DNA from: Octopus sinensis | Taxonomy: Eukaryota | Assembly (NCBI RefSeq): GCF_006345805.1 | Contig: NC_043002.1 | Span: 71,176,001 to 71,240,000, forward strand | Direction of reading: 5' to 3' | Length of the DNA stretch: 64,000 nt | In this document: one piece after another, positions 25,972 through 40,189 of the stretch | Position numbering within the stretch: position 1 is the first letter of the stretch | Layout of the letters: the number at the start of each line of letters is the position of its first letter | Notes under the pieces: model-generated | The model's database searches: none | What the model was told of the DNA's origin: nothing | Seen by the model: only the letters and a program-made list of their open reading frames with translations | Made by a program: the position numbers and the translations under genes

Positions 25972-26215
25972 TATATATGTATGTATGTATATATGTATGC
26001 CCGTAGGTAGGTATTTATTTTTTTATTATATGTTTGTGTGTTTGTGTTTGTCCACCCCAACCACCGATGTGTTTACGTTCCCGTAAACTAGCTGTTCGGC
26101 AATAAAGACTGTTAGAATAAGCCCAAGGCTTACAAAGAATAAGTTCTGGGGTTAATTTGCTCGACTAAAGGCATGGCTACAGTCAAATACCTGAAACAAA
26201 TAAAAGAATAAAAGA
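25705..26215 (+). mobile_element. Family A SINE with expanded internal (CA)n/(TA)n
   Basis: Head gtggcagtgtggtaattagcttgcttaccaaccac. Tail gactaaaggcatggctacagtcaaa. Confidence 0.85.
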
Positions 26216-26820
26216 ATTTAAGTAATATTGAATGTAAAGCGCCAGTTTCATAATCAGTCGGCATTCCAGCAATAGTGAAATCTCCGTCAACGACCGACTG
26301 GTTCGAGAAATAGGAACTTCTCCACCCTCCCCCATCCCATGCGTATTCCATCAAGTACAGCTCTAACTGCAGTTACTAAACATCTGCTGTATCAGTTATT
26401 AAAGTAATGACATATGTGTCTGTCCGCTGAGCAACATTGTGCTAATTAGCTAGTATGAACGGATCGGTTATATGCTGAGTTAATTATAATGTTAATCAGT
26501 CAATAATATCGGCATTTATGAAGTAAGTTAATGAAATAAGCTAAGTCTTAAAGTCAATTTAAAAGTTTTATCGAATTAGTTACGCTAATAGAATATTCAA
26601 TGTTACTATATTTGTATGTATATATTCTTTTTAAAATTAGCTGCTAACAATATGAATAAATCTGAATGGCAATGCCGCCAAATCATTATTATTGCTGAAA
26701 AGGGTTTTATACGTGTCTATGGAGGAATGTAGGTACGTGTGTAACCATATATGAGAATAAAGATGTACAAGTATAAATATAGTTCTTCCCACGGTAGCTA
26801 GACAAGAAAATAATAATAAC

Positions 26821-27053
26821 TATTTCTTTATTACCCACAAGGGGCTAAACACAGAGGGGACAAACAAGGACAGACATAGGTATTAAGTCGATTACATCGA
26901 CCCCAGTGCGTAACTGGTACTTAGTTTATCGACCCCGAAAGGATGAAACGCAAAGTCGACCTCGGCGGAATTTGAACTCACAATGTAACGCAGACGAAAT
27001 ACCGCTAAGCATTTCACCCGGCGTGCTAACGTTTCTGCCAGCTCGCCGCCTTA
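26821..27053 (-). mobile_element. Young full-length SINE, family B
   Basis: Minus-strand head aaggcggcgagctggcagaaacgttagc, B-box-like gagttcaaattcc, body gtcgactttgc...ggggtcgat. Closely matches 50754-50987. Confidence 0.85.
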
Positions 27054-27587
27054 AAAAAATAATAATAACGTAAAAAAAAATATAACCAGGCTGGAATGAA
27101 AACAATCCAAATGTTTACAATTTATTGAAGAAACTTTTAGAAAATATAGATTATATACAGATGGACAGAAGGAAAAAGAAATTTAGATTAGAGAGAAATA
27201 TGAAAATATGAATATAGCCTTGGTGAAATTCTGGATTCTGTAAGTTATATTGTGGAATATACTGGGTGCAGCGCTTCAGTTACGTGAAAATAACATATTG
27301 TAAATAAGTTTGACGTGGTTTATCAGATTTTTCGAAAATAAGTACTTCATAAAACATATTGCGATGCATATTATTGGGTTATGTTTAGTAGCATTGTATT
27401 TTAGTTGTATGATCTTTGTACGAAATATCATTATGAAAACACGACTTGGGTAAGTAGTTGGGAATTTAAAAAATTTAAGTGAGCAGTGTTGAATTTGATA
27501 ATAGGAGAGGCATATCTTGTCACTATCCCCTCTATTTGTTTCTCTCATATATACATACACATATCTACTTATCTATAAATCGATACA

Positions 27588-28852
27588 CAGAGAGTCCCAG
27601 ATAGATTTAGCCATCTTTAAAAATCTCCCTGAAGAATATCCGTTCGGGTAATATTATCTACATCTTTCGTAAAGATTCGGATATGTCTTTCGTTCCTGTG
27701 TCTGTTGTTTCGTTCGTCTATAACAGGTTTGTAAGTAAACATGGTTTCGAAAGCAGAACGTGACCAGGTAATCACTTAGAAAAAGCTGGAGTGAGCAACA
27801 AGACTATAAAAAAAACACAGTTGAATGTGTGCCGTAAATCAGTGTTCAGTACCTGGAAACGATATATATATGGAATCCGCTATTACCTCTAACAAGCGAA
27901 TTCCTGGCAAGAAACGATCAATTCGTACCAAACAAACTTTTGACGCTGTGAAGAAGCGAGTGAACCGACCCCCCCCCCCCGCAAGAGTACAAGGAGGACT
28001 GCAAAAATTCTTGCTATTTCGATTTTAAAGAGGATTTAAAGCTAACTGCACACAAGAAACATACTCGGCAATTAATTTCAATAGCTTTCAAGAAGAAACG
28101 GCTCGATAGCGGTAAAACCATGCTAGCTGAAATGAAGCGCGTCGCTAACAAAGTTTTGATCTTGTCTGACGAGAAGATCTTCACTGTGGAGGCAGTTACC
28201 AACAGACAGAATGATAGGTTTTATGCACGTAATGCGGGAAACTTGTCTGAAGGCAGTGGGAGTCATTGGACACCGTCTGAAGTCAGCTTCAATCATGGTG
28301 TTGGGCGGAATTGCTAATGATGGGCCCAAGTCCACCTTGATCGTCTTCGACGCTTTCGTCAAGATCGCCAGTGAAGTTGATGTGGAAATTTTGGATGTGC
28401 CTGGGTCACAGAAACCACTGGTGACCGTTACATCTTCACTCAAGAAGGGGCTCAGATTCACATGTCAAATTTGACACAGAGGTGATGCAAGGAGCACTTC
28501 AGCGGTTTTGTGGACAAGACGTTATGGCCTCCCTCAAGTTCAAACTTCAATTTCATGAACTTTTCTACCTGGCCCATCTTAGAGTGTAATGTTTCTGCTC
28601 ACTTCTATTCAAATGTGTCAGATCTGAAGAAAGCCTTTCTTTCTTCATGGGTTGAATTGAAGGAAGACGTGGTACGGTGCTCACGCAACTCAGTGGCCAC
28701 TCGTTTGCAGGCTGTAATCATTTTGAAATGTAATTACTACAATGAATTGAAAATTTGCATTAGAACGTCTGTGCCGAATTTCATTATCCTACCTGAAGTT
28801 TACTTTGAATAATTAAAAAATATCAGTTGGTGAATCTTTCTGGGACACCCTG
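27588..28852 (+). mobile_element. Degenerate Tc1/mariner element, probably maT (DD37D)-like
   Basis: TIRs cagagagtcccagatagattt / aatctttctgggacaccctg followed by TA. Transposase motifs ILSDEKIFTVEAVTNRQNDR, FTQEGAQIH (FQQDGAPAH-like) and WPPSSSNFNFMNFSTW (WPPSSPDLNPMD-like). Confidence 0.85.
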
Positions 28853-28913
28853 TATAAATATGTGCGTGTCTGTCTGTCTGTCTGAGTGAGTATACGAATA
28901 ATATGCGCATAAA

Positions 28914-28997
<84 letters not shown>

Positions 28998-29610
28998 CAT
29001 ATATACTTATATATATGTATACACACACGTTTATATGTGCATATTATTTGTGTACACAGACAGACAGATACACACACACGTATACAGCATGTCCCAGAAA
29101 GATTCCCCAACTTATATTATATTTTTTAGATTGATAGTATAAGAACGATGAAGATATATAGATAATGGGAATGCTATAGATAGGTAAACAGACAGATAGA
29201 TACATACACACATTTACGCATACATATCTGTTTGCATATATACATGCCTGCTTACACACATACATAAATAATTACTTAGGTTCATACGTAAGTCATCACA
29301 TAGACCAGCGACAGCGTTGTAAATTTGTCACATATTCTAAATTGCTTTTTTTCTGTTCTAAATGTATGAGAGACTAGATTTAATTAAGTGCAGCCATTTA
29401 TCAGTTGCTGAAAAGTTGACACCCGTTGAGAAACAATTTGCTTTATTTCTAAGTTGAGAATATTTAACAAATTGACCACGGAGATTCATTTGTACTTAAA
29501 AGCGTTATAAAGAAGTTCGATTTTTTTCCATGCACAATGTCCAAATCTTATGTTATATGAATACTGAAATGGAGAATGCTCAAGAATACATACATACATA
29601 TATACATACA

Positions 29611-29646
<36 letters not shown>

Positions 29647-29749
29647 GAACATACACAACCAAAGACGTTAATAATGGCTTTTAGTGCATCTATGACTTAC
29701 AGCTGTTTCTGAAATACGTATATGTGTGTGTATACATGCACACAATATT

Positions 29750-29806
<57 letters not shown>

Positions 29807-29902
29807 ATGTGTGTGTGTGTGTATGTATGTATGTATATGTATATATATGTATATATTTATGTATCTATAACTATCTATCTATCTATATATATATATAGAC
29901 AT

Positions 29903-30800
29903 AGGTAATCTTATCATTTAGTATCAGGACTGTTGGTATAGTAACGAAGCTAAATCACACAGAGTAAAGCTGCATGGCGCATATTATTGAACTTGTACCC
30001 TGCTGTGAAATTCGCACTATGTTTGAACGATCTAGCTCACTTCCAAATTTTACAGCAGTGCTTGGAAGAAAAGTGTGTAGTGTGTAATAGTCACATTGAA
30101 CATGACAGAACAAGTTGAGCTGAGAATCTGCAGGAAATTTTGTCAAAAGTTTGGTGAAACCTGCTCAGTGGCCTGTGCAAAGTTTTCAAAACGTTTTTAT
30201 CGTTCTTGACACAATCAAGGAGATCTTGTGCAACTGCAACCTGAGACTCCTTCTGGTAAGTTGACAGCCGTTTTGGCACAAACGGGGAAGACACGCGTCT
30301 CATCCCCAAATCCTCAGTGGTAATGGACTGAACTGAATCGTAACTAATCTACATATCCTCTGATATCCCACACATAGTGATTCGACGATTTCCCCACACA
30401 GCTGCATGCACATCTACGATGTTTTTCACAGTTCTGCTGATTGCGGGTCTCCCAGAATGTTCTTCAATATCAACGTTTGTCAGCTATCGTGGAAACATCT
30501 GAACCACTCGTACACTTGGGTGCGTTAATACACACCTCGCCATACGCTTTCTGCAACTTTGCGTAGGCCTCTGAGCTGGTATCGCCATGATAACTTCCTC
30601 TGTCATGGTCAATGCGACGATCACATGCTATGCACCTTCCTTCCAAGCACTGCTGTAAACAGCGGAAGTGAGTTAGAACGTTAAAACTTAGTGCGCATGC
30701 ACAGAAGATTTTGAGATCAATCTGCACCAAGCAACTTCACTATGTATACATTGGCTTCGTCACTATGGCAACTGTCCTGATACTTATTGATCAGACCTCG
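29903..30800. mobile_element. Mariner derivative built from two 5' ends in inverted orientation
   Basis: Plus 29903-30186 and minus 30800-30187 share the TIR (agtatcaggac), the leader (ttacagcagtgcttggaag) and the start catgacaga. The minus arm encodes MRRVSSPFVPKRL (xVPxxL motif). Confidence 0.75.
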
Positions 30801-32531
30801 TATGCATACATACACACATATTTATACATAACATATACACCCAAACTCTCAGGCATAAACACGCACATACTGACAGTCGTACACACACAAGTGGATCTCA
30901 GTCTTGCAAACGATGTAGAACAATTATAAAGGTGGTAATATCCAACTGCATAATGTCTATGCATGGCCTAAACATTAGGAAAGCTCACATAAGACCCGGT
31001 TACTCAAGTCTTAGTATCTCTCGAATTTACTTTTAATAATCTGTAGATAGGTTTGATTTCCGGACGAGATTGGTTGTAATAGTCGTTGAATTGCGTTTCC
31101 CACTTTATTAGACTTTGTATTGTATTACACTCCAAATTTTCTTTCTGGATTTATTTTTTCACGACATTCACATACAACAACAACCACAAGTCATTGGCCT
31201 CACGCAGCACACATCTAACTCTCAAACCTTTTCCCATTACTGTAGGCCTTCATAACATCTTTCATGATGTGAGGAAAACCGGTGCTAGGTTCTTCATAAT
31301 ATTAACCTGGTACGCAAGCACCCGCGCATGAAGTGTTAGTCTTATTACCAGAGAAGCTATTTAATGGGAAGCTAAGACTTTGGCATTCATTTTCCCTTTT
31401 GGTATTGCTGCCAACAAACTGGGAAAAACTGAATGCCGGAATATGCCATGCAAACGGCTCACCTTAGTGACACCATCGATGCATCACAATGACTAGTATG
31501 CGGCACAGAATCAGATTAATTGAGACTAAATTGTGAATTATGTGCTAGCGTACTTAATGTGACAAGCACGTTCACTCTAATTAATCGATGTATCGAGGTG
31601 AGGTAAACATTGATGAAAAATTATTATTAAAATCCAAACAAAGACAACAGTCACAACTCAAAAAATATAAAATTATAATGAGTATATGCATTTGATTCAT
31701 AATTAAATTCTTAACTACTAGTCAGTAGAAACTCATGTAAATTCATATAAACACTACATTTTAAATAATGGCAATTCTAAACAGTTCAATTAATTTACTT
31801 ACTGAATAAAATTAACTATTCATTTGAATATTCTTTGATCACTCTATAATTCCCATTTGATACTTGCCGTTATTTTAAGTACTGCACTTCATTTTAATTT
31901 CATTACCATCGTATATATTAATTGATATAATAATCACCAGCTAAAACATAGCATACGGTCAGAAACCAATGTCATGGTGCTGGTTAGAAATATCATGAAA
32001 TCAAAGCATCATGAAGGCGGAAAAGTTGTTGGCAGAGATGTTAGAGCGTCTTACAGAAAGTCATAAAGTATTAGTCTTGTCGCCTTGCTCTCTGAACTCA
32101 AAATCACGATGAGGCTAAAATTAACTATCATAAACTACAAATCAAGTCAAAAGAAGAAAAGAGGAAGTGATAAAAGAACTAAATGTCCTTTTTGACCTTT
32201 AAGCTCATAAATCCGGTTTCTCAGATTCTCTGACGTTGGTGGGTTATTCATTTTTGACAGTTTAGGGAACTGGAGCCACGTGAATTCAAGAACACAACGC
32301 ATCTCTCGGTCTAGGAATTGAAACTCTTACAATCACAAGCGAAGCATCCTATTCAACAATTCCTGCCCCCACGCCTTTCCCAGTTAAGTAGAAGCATCCA
32401 AATCCCTAATATCTCACTTATACGCTTTCACACCCTGTCTCCTTCTCTCTCCTCACTATCTCTTTCTCTCTCTCTGCCACTCCCTCTGTTTTTTGTCTCT
32501 CTGTCTCTCTCTCTCTATCTCTCTCTTTCTT

Positions 32532-32567
<36 letters not shown>

Positions 32568-33877
32568 GAAACTTTTATACGAGGGCTCTAAAGCAGTTCG
32601 TTACATACCACGGCTCTACCAATTCTTTCGCTACAACTGCGGGCATATCAAGAAAGGAAAATGGTTTTAATACTAAGTCTTACCTGAATCAGGATGATTC
32701 CAAAAAGATATGAGCATCACTTAATTCAGTGAAATATATATTCTTGGTATCATAACAGTACATTGTAGTCTGCAGTAACAAAAAATATTGTAAAATCGGG
32801 ACTTGAACAACATTCCGAGCGTCAAAGTAGTCTTAATGCATACCAGACCAAATACCGACGAGAAGAGCTGTTGGCAAATCGGTCAGGTGAAACAAATATT
32901 AACGTTTTTTTTTCCTCACACAGAACCTGAAGAAGATATTCAGAGTTACGGCAATCTCTTCTTCTGGACCTATTACAATGTCAGAAGCTCTTCTGTATCA
33001 TCAGCGGGTATCTCAAGGTCACAAGCATTTTACCCTTTAAATTATACGCTCCGCCTGAGTAATTTAACAAGGTCTAACTTCCTCTTCACCTGCAAACTCT
33101 TCTCAATCAGAGCCCACTTCACCTGCTTTCATCTGTCATCTATATACTCATATCTACCAACGATTTATTAATGAATGTGTACGCGCATGCTCTTTAGTTC
33201 AACAGCAGCTAATGTTTTATATAGTCACCAAACTATATACGTGTCCGCTGATGTATCTTTTTCGAAATTACTCCATATCTTTTTACTTTCTATGCAGTAT
33301 ATTTGAGGTCTATTCTTCTCATTTGTTCAAGTTGAAATAAAATTATTACACAAACTACCTTTTGAAACGTAGTGGTCGTCCTGTAATTAATGCGTTTTCT
33401 TACATTATCTAAAATTGAACTTCAGGTGTTTGCATATATATTTATATATATAATGCAAATGTGTAAATGGGGATAAGAGCAATCAACCGAAACGCAGCGT
33501 GGGCAATATGAATGAAATCATTAATTCGACTGGACTATGATAATAAATGAATTGATTATTATGTGTATGTATTCTCCGTTTCCTTTGTATTATTAAGCTC
33601 CTTCATGTTTATCAAAAACGATGAAAATCTTTATAACGACAACTGGAATTCCAGAAGTTTAAGGTACTATATATTGAAGAACAACCTACGATAAACGTAT
33701 ATACACATGTAGAATTTTCCAGTATCGTTAATCGATATAGTGCTAAACTGCCGTGCGCTTGGATAATATATCCCTAGAAAGAACAACTTCGTTCGATACA
33801 GACTTATATACATGTATATAGATATATGTGCGTGTCTATGTGTGTGTATGTGTGTATCTGCATGTGTGTGTATATAT

Positions 33878-34380
33878 ACTCTTTTACTTGTTCCAGCCAT
33901 TTGACCGCGGCTATGATGGAGTCGAACAAATCGACTTATTCGTTATAAGCTTAGTACTTATTCTAGCGGCCTCATTTGCCGAAACACTAAGTTACACACA
34001 ACAACATCAGTCGTCTTGCTATGGTGTGGGACAAACACAGACACACAAAAACATACATATATATATATGTACATTGTGAGTGTTTATTGAGCGAAAACAC
34101 CTAAAGCTCCACGGGGCTCCGGCGGGGGTGGGGGGTGATCCCTGCAGTAGTCTTTCGCCACAGTTTTCTCTCACTGTTTCTTCTGTTGGCCTGCTCGCTT
34201 AGCCAGCGGGGTGGCGTCATTTGAGGGCTAAAACGATGCGAAGCGCATTGTGACCAGCGATGTGTAACAGCGTATGATAGTCTGGTCGGTCACGGTGATT
34301 ACGATGATATATATATAAATATATCCGGCAGGTTTCTTTCAGTTTCCGTCTACCAAGTCCACTCAGAAGGCTTTGGTTTC
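33878..34380 (-). mobile_element. Family A SINE fragment interrupted by a second short repeat (~34070-34310)
   Basis: SINE tail at 33878-34050 and ctttcagtttccgtctacc at ~34336. A more GC-rich insert sits in the internal TA tract. Confidence 0.65.
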
Positions 34381-34435
34381 TTTGCTTATATCCACTCCTA
34401 TACATACATACATACATACTACATACATACATACA

Positions 34436-34469
<34 letters not shown>

Positions 34470-34504
34470 CATACATACATACATTATACATACATACATA
34501 CACA

Positions 34505-34551
<47 letters not shown>

Positions 34552-36589
34552 TACTTATACATACATATAGATATGCACGTATATATACATATACACGTTT
34601 AATTATATAGAATATTATAGGTGATATGTGTGAGTGTGTCTGTGTGTGTGCGCGCGCGTTTGTGTGTGTGTATGCCTGGGTGTGATGGAATACAATGCGA
34701 ACAACTTGTAGATGTCAACGCGAAAGCTTCCAGTTTTTAATGAAGAATGCATTTTGTGGAATGAATTTCCATGAATACTGGCTAGCATGAAATCTGTAAC
34801 CCGATTCAGTTTCTCCCATCGCTCCTCTACTTCTCTCTGCTAAAGAACAAATATCCGAAATGAAAGCTGTGTCTTCTTTCTCACACTAAAATATAATCCA
34901 CTGTTTTATGACTTCCCAATTGTGCAGTTTGCTTATACTTTAACTGAAGCTATGAAACACTCTTAAACATAGTATTCGACGCATTCTCCTTCTTAAAATA
35001 GGAATTGTAGCTAGTAATAAAGGCAGGAGAAAATAGTTGCTTTAATGATACGTTTATGTTGTCGATAGAAAGCGGAAGAACCGTATTTATTTGGAAGTTC
35101 GAGAAAAGCTCTGAGTGCAAAGTTGTAATTGCGTTTTAAAAACAGAAGTTGGAAGACGTTTTACCAGTATCCTCTATTTTATACGCAACCGAAATGTTGT
35201 TCATGATGGAATACTTAATAAAATGCTAGACACAAATATATTAAAGCTAGTGGTTTGCTTTGAGTCTTGTCTACTTTTAAATAAATATCTAAGATAAACA
35301 TCCGAAGCGAAATAATAAAATTCTAACAGTTAGGTGATCCAACAATACCATTGTATCTCATACATACTCCTCTAACAGAAGCCGAAATCCACTCCAGTTT
35401 TTTCAGATAAGAATACTATTCTGTAAAACGTATATCATTTTAAGATGTTCCTAATTTGTTTGAAACTCGTGCTGTAAAATTAATTGTTTACGAATAAAAC
35501 TTAAGATATTGATACGGTTGGTTCTTCATGTGACAATCTCAAAACAATTACTGATTGGAGGAAGCATATTAGCACTGATAATACTAATAATTTAGTTCAA
35601 AACAATGCAAATGAATAAAGTCCTTTCAAGATATCTAAGAAATGATATGTGGTTTACTAGTTAACCTTTAGCCTCCATGACTGAGATAGTTTTGATCAAA
35701 GGCATTCCAGACAACACCATCCCATCATATTAAGTCTATATATGCGTGTGCCTCACACAATGTGACTTTCCATTTTCAAGATTGTAGAATGTAATTTGAA
35801 AGAACTTTGGCGGTTATTTTTAGTAGATCGTCGAAATAAATGAAGCCCTACTTGTTAGGCAAACGCCTGCTAACGTAATATAGTTTCTAATTTCTGTTCA
35901 CTGATGAAAACAAAACAAAAAGCAAGAGAAAGGTTTCTATATTTACACCAAAATGACCCAACTACAATTAAATGAAAAACTAAGCGAGGATGATAACTAT
36001 TATTGTCAGAAATTTTGTATGAACGAATCGTATCAGTTTGTTTCCAGTGATACGAGAATTCTATTAGTAAATAGAATACTATTATTAAAGGAAAAACAAG
36101 AAGGTTGTATAATTAATGATTGCGAAATAATTACTTTCACTTGTTTCACTTGCATATCAGCTATGTAGAAATAATAACTCATTGTAATATCTAGAAAACA
36201 TGGAAACATTAAAAACACATTTCGTGTGCGAGATGAAGAAAATTACTTTTGTTATATTTCTGTAGTAATAAATACAATGCATACAATTATGTATGGAAAC
36301 AGCTGTGCTTTTTATTAACGAAATGTAAATAAAATACATTTATGAGCGTTTAGTTTCTTAACAAATATTATAAATAATACGTATGTTGCGAACTGCATAT
36401 GTAGCATATGCCATGCGTATATTTATTGAATTAATTTGGGTATTTGGTTTCAGAGAAGTTGATAAGTCTATAGTCTTTACGTTTTCATACGACCAATGAA
36501 ACTGAATGAAACGAGTTTTTAATGTTTTCATGTTTTCTAGGTATTACAATGAGTGATTATTTCTACACAGCTGATATACAAATGAAACA

Positions 36590-37700
36590 GTAATGCAGTT
36601 ACTGTTCCTCTGGAACAAATGCGGTTCGACCTCTCCTGAGGGACAATTTCAAATAGCTGACGTTCTGATGCGAAAAGTCACTACGTCCTTCATTTTCGGA
36701 AAATAAAACAATGATCAGTAAAGGTTCTGAGATAGGTGGAAACAATATAGATGACAAGTGAAGGCTAAGGAAAGAGTCCCTGGGCTTGAGAGGAGTTACA
36801 GAAGACCAACAAGACAACTCTAAGAAACAGTAGCCGCTGTAATAAATCGAGAAATGGCAAAAAGGTAAAAGAGCACATCTCTGGGATGAAAGTTGGTATA
36901 GGTTTGAGAATGATTTCTTCCAGGCAACATTGTTTGGATATAGCGCATAAGATGCCTGCGTGTATAATCGAATCTGTATCGCATATAAATTGTGAGTTTT
37001 ATATGAACTTTTAAAGAAATTTATATTTGTTAGCGACCGAACTGTTTTCTGAATCTGAACAGGAAGATTAGTTTGTGTGATGCAGTTTTGTCTCTAACAA
37101 GGATATGCATTCACTCGTGCAAATCTTGAATGATGTTGGCCCAGAGGATTTGTGCTGACCTCAAATGTTCTACATAAAATATTTTCTATATCTTTAATGA
37201 GTATGCTACTTTATTATTGAAGGATGCACGATAAGAATGACCACAGGGAAAGATGTCAAGATATTTCTCCGTGCAATGGGAAACGATCTCACGTATACTA
37301 TCTTACATTTCTGTGGAAGACGCTGAGTTCCGGAAGTTTACAGATCCAAGAGAAGAGAGGGGTCTCATAGACGAGCTGTTTGGCAGGGTTTTTTCTTCCT
37401 GCCAAACACGATCGAAAATAATTATGCGGTCAAGACAGCCTTTCAAAATGGTGAGATTTGTTTTAAGGCAGGAGAAACTTTCGAGGTGATGAAAGTTATT
37501 AATGTTAATGGCAGTCTATGCAACTTTCGATATTATAAATTTGAGGATAATAGGGTAATATTTGGCGGGATCATAAAGGTTTCTCTCTTCTGAGTGGGAT
37601 ATTATATAAAGATCTGAATATATCGTTGTCGAAATTGGTAGCTGCTAACTCTGAAAAGAGTAGCTCCTAACTCTGAAGTTTGTTATTTGAGAGTAAGGAA
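36590..37700 (-). mobile_element. Possible highly decayed LINE relic
   Basis: Microsatellite-free block with coding-like composition. No diagnostic RT motif is readable. Confidence 0.25.
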
Positions 37701-37819
37701 ATAGCTTTGTCAAAATTGGTGACATTATTGGTTTGATGTGATAGAATATATACTCTGTGTGCGTGTGTGTATGTGTGTGTGTGTGTGTGTGTTTGTGTGT
37801 GTGTGTATGTTAGTGTGAC

Positions 37820-38028
37820 TGTGTTTGTCACACCAACATCGCTTGACAACCGATGCTGGTGTGTTTACGTCCCCGTAACTTAGCGGTTCGGCAAAAGAGA
37901 CCGATAGAATAAGTACTAGGCTTACAAAGAATAAGTCCTGGGGTTGATGTGCTCAACTAAAGGCGGTGCTCCAGCATGGCCACAGTCAAATGACTGAAAC
38001 AAGTTAAAGAGTAAGAAAGTAAAAGAGT
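37820..38028 (+). mobile_element. Family A SINE 3' half
   Basis: Near-consensus aacatcgcttgacaaccgatgctgg ... ggcggtgctccagcatggcc tail. Confidence 0.85.
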
Positions 38029-38035
38029 ATATCTT

Positions 38036-38067
<32 letters not shown>

Positions 38068-38236
38068 CAAACATACTTCCTTAATATCTGGATCTCTCTG
38101 CTGCATGTGCTGGATATTTATAAGATGGGACCAAAGTATATGAGTTGTCGTTTATATTACGTATGTATTCTACAATGGTTCCTAGTGTGCGAATAAATTG
38201 TTGAGGATATTTAGATATTATATTTTGAATATATTA

Positions 38237-38467
38237 CTCTTTTACTCTTTTACATGTTTAAGTCATTTGATTGTGGCCATGCTGGAGCACCGTCTTTAGT
38301 CGAGTAAATCGCCCCCACAACTTATTCTTTGTAAGTCTAGTACTTATTCTATAGGGTTTCTTTTGCCGAACCGCTAAGTTACAGGAACATACACACACCA
38401 GCATCGGTTGTGAAGCGATGTTGGGGGGGGGACACAGACACACAAACATATACACACAGATACATAA

Positions 38468-38507
<40 letters not shown>

Positions 38508-38650
38508 CGACGGGCTTCTTTCAGTTTCCGTCTACCAAGTCCACAAGGCTCTGGTCAGCCCGAGGCTATAGAAGAAGACACTTGCCCAAGATGCCACGCA
38601 GTGGGACTGAATCGTAAGCAAGTTATTTACCATGGAACCACTTCTATGCC
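38237..38650 (-). mobile_element. Family A SINE
   Basis: Reverse complement match including ggccatgctggagcaccg and gacacttgcccaagatgccacgcagtgggactgaa. Confidence 0.88.
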
Positions 38651-40189
38651 TATCGTTCATGATTTAGGTACACTACCAGCAATTTAGTGGGTAAGGGTTT
38701 CGACAACTCCATCGACCTCAAAGATTGAATGTTACTTTGAATTTATCGATCTCAGAATTGAAAAAAATGGTGAAGTTGACTTCGATGGTATTCAAAATCA
38801 GGACATAAAAAACCGAAGAAATGACGCTAAACATTTTATCCGACGATATATGGATTCTACACGATCGCTACCTTTTATTTTGTTTTGAATATAATAGAAT
38901 ATAAAATAGATAATGATAATAAAAAATGAAAGAGAAGACCATCAGTTTTGTTCAATTAGATCTAGTTTGGAGAGACAGCTTATCCCGTTATACACTTATG
39001 CATCCACTTGTGCTATGAATGTAGGGGCAGAGTAGCAACTTTCTTGGGCTACATGCAAATATGATTCTGAAGAACGTCGAATGAAAATGTCTGAAAAAAC
39101 ATAATTACATTATTTCTAAAGCATCAGATTCTGAAGTGTTTCTTTCTTCATTCATTCCAAAATTGCAAAATCACCAAAGTAACAAATTCTCTTAAAGTAA
39201 GAATATAACTAACCCAATCTCAATCATCTCGTTTTGATTGGAGATGCCGTTGTTTATATAAACAAAAAAAAATTGTATTTTTGCAAATTTAGTCAACGAT
39301 TAAAAGCGTTTATATTGAGCAATTAAATTACAAAATACTTTACTTATTGATATTGCATAGTGATCAATATTTCATATTGATCAATGTTATTTTTGCTTTT
39401 AGTAGAAATATTCCATATAAAGTAATTTTAATTTCGCGCGATTTTGGCATTTATGTTTAATTTTGTTTTCGGTTTATGGGAATAAATTGTGCTAATACAA
39501 AATATAAAAAAAGATAAACTAAGAAATTAAATTTAAAAGAGTTATCTGTACTTTATTTGCGTATATTTGCCAGTACATATTTGTGAAATTTAATTAATTT
39601 AATTAGGAAAGAACTTGGAAACATGAATTTCACTTAACTGTCCAAATACTAGTTAAATGCAATCTCATATTAGTCAATGGGAAGCACTTATACCAAATTG
39701 TTCAATTATGTGTTCCAGCCAAACCAACGTACGTCATTTGTTCCATACGTACATTTGTCGATAACAAAACACCGAAGCGTTCGATCGCAAAGCACAGCTT
39801 GCAGAACGGGGATTAGATCGGTCTTTGTCGACGGAAACCTCAATCAGGAGGCACTATAAGAAACGTACACTACAAATGAGAGCAATACATTCAATAGGTA
39901 GGAAATTTTAGTCAGAGAATCAGATTTTGTGACAGGTTCGTTTGCGGGATCTGAGTAAGAACGTGAATTTCGCTTAAATTCTCAAAACCCGAAGGTGTAT
40001 AATAAATAGCTTTTGTTCAAAATCGATATATGAAAATGGACCTTAGTGGTGAGTACTGATTTTTAAAGATAATAACGAAAATATGTGACTCGTACACGTT
40101 ATTTCAGCAATACGTAAAATATTAATAATACAGGTCTATAGAATTTAAATTGAATAGACAAGTTTTTCTGAAGCACTTTTCCGGGATGT

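Noticed and set aside
32803-33171. 122-aa ORF and the CTGAAGA at ~32927
   Set aside because: No recognisable domain or splice support, and no downstream GAAA/stem III for a ribozyme.
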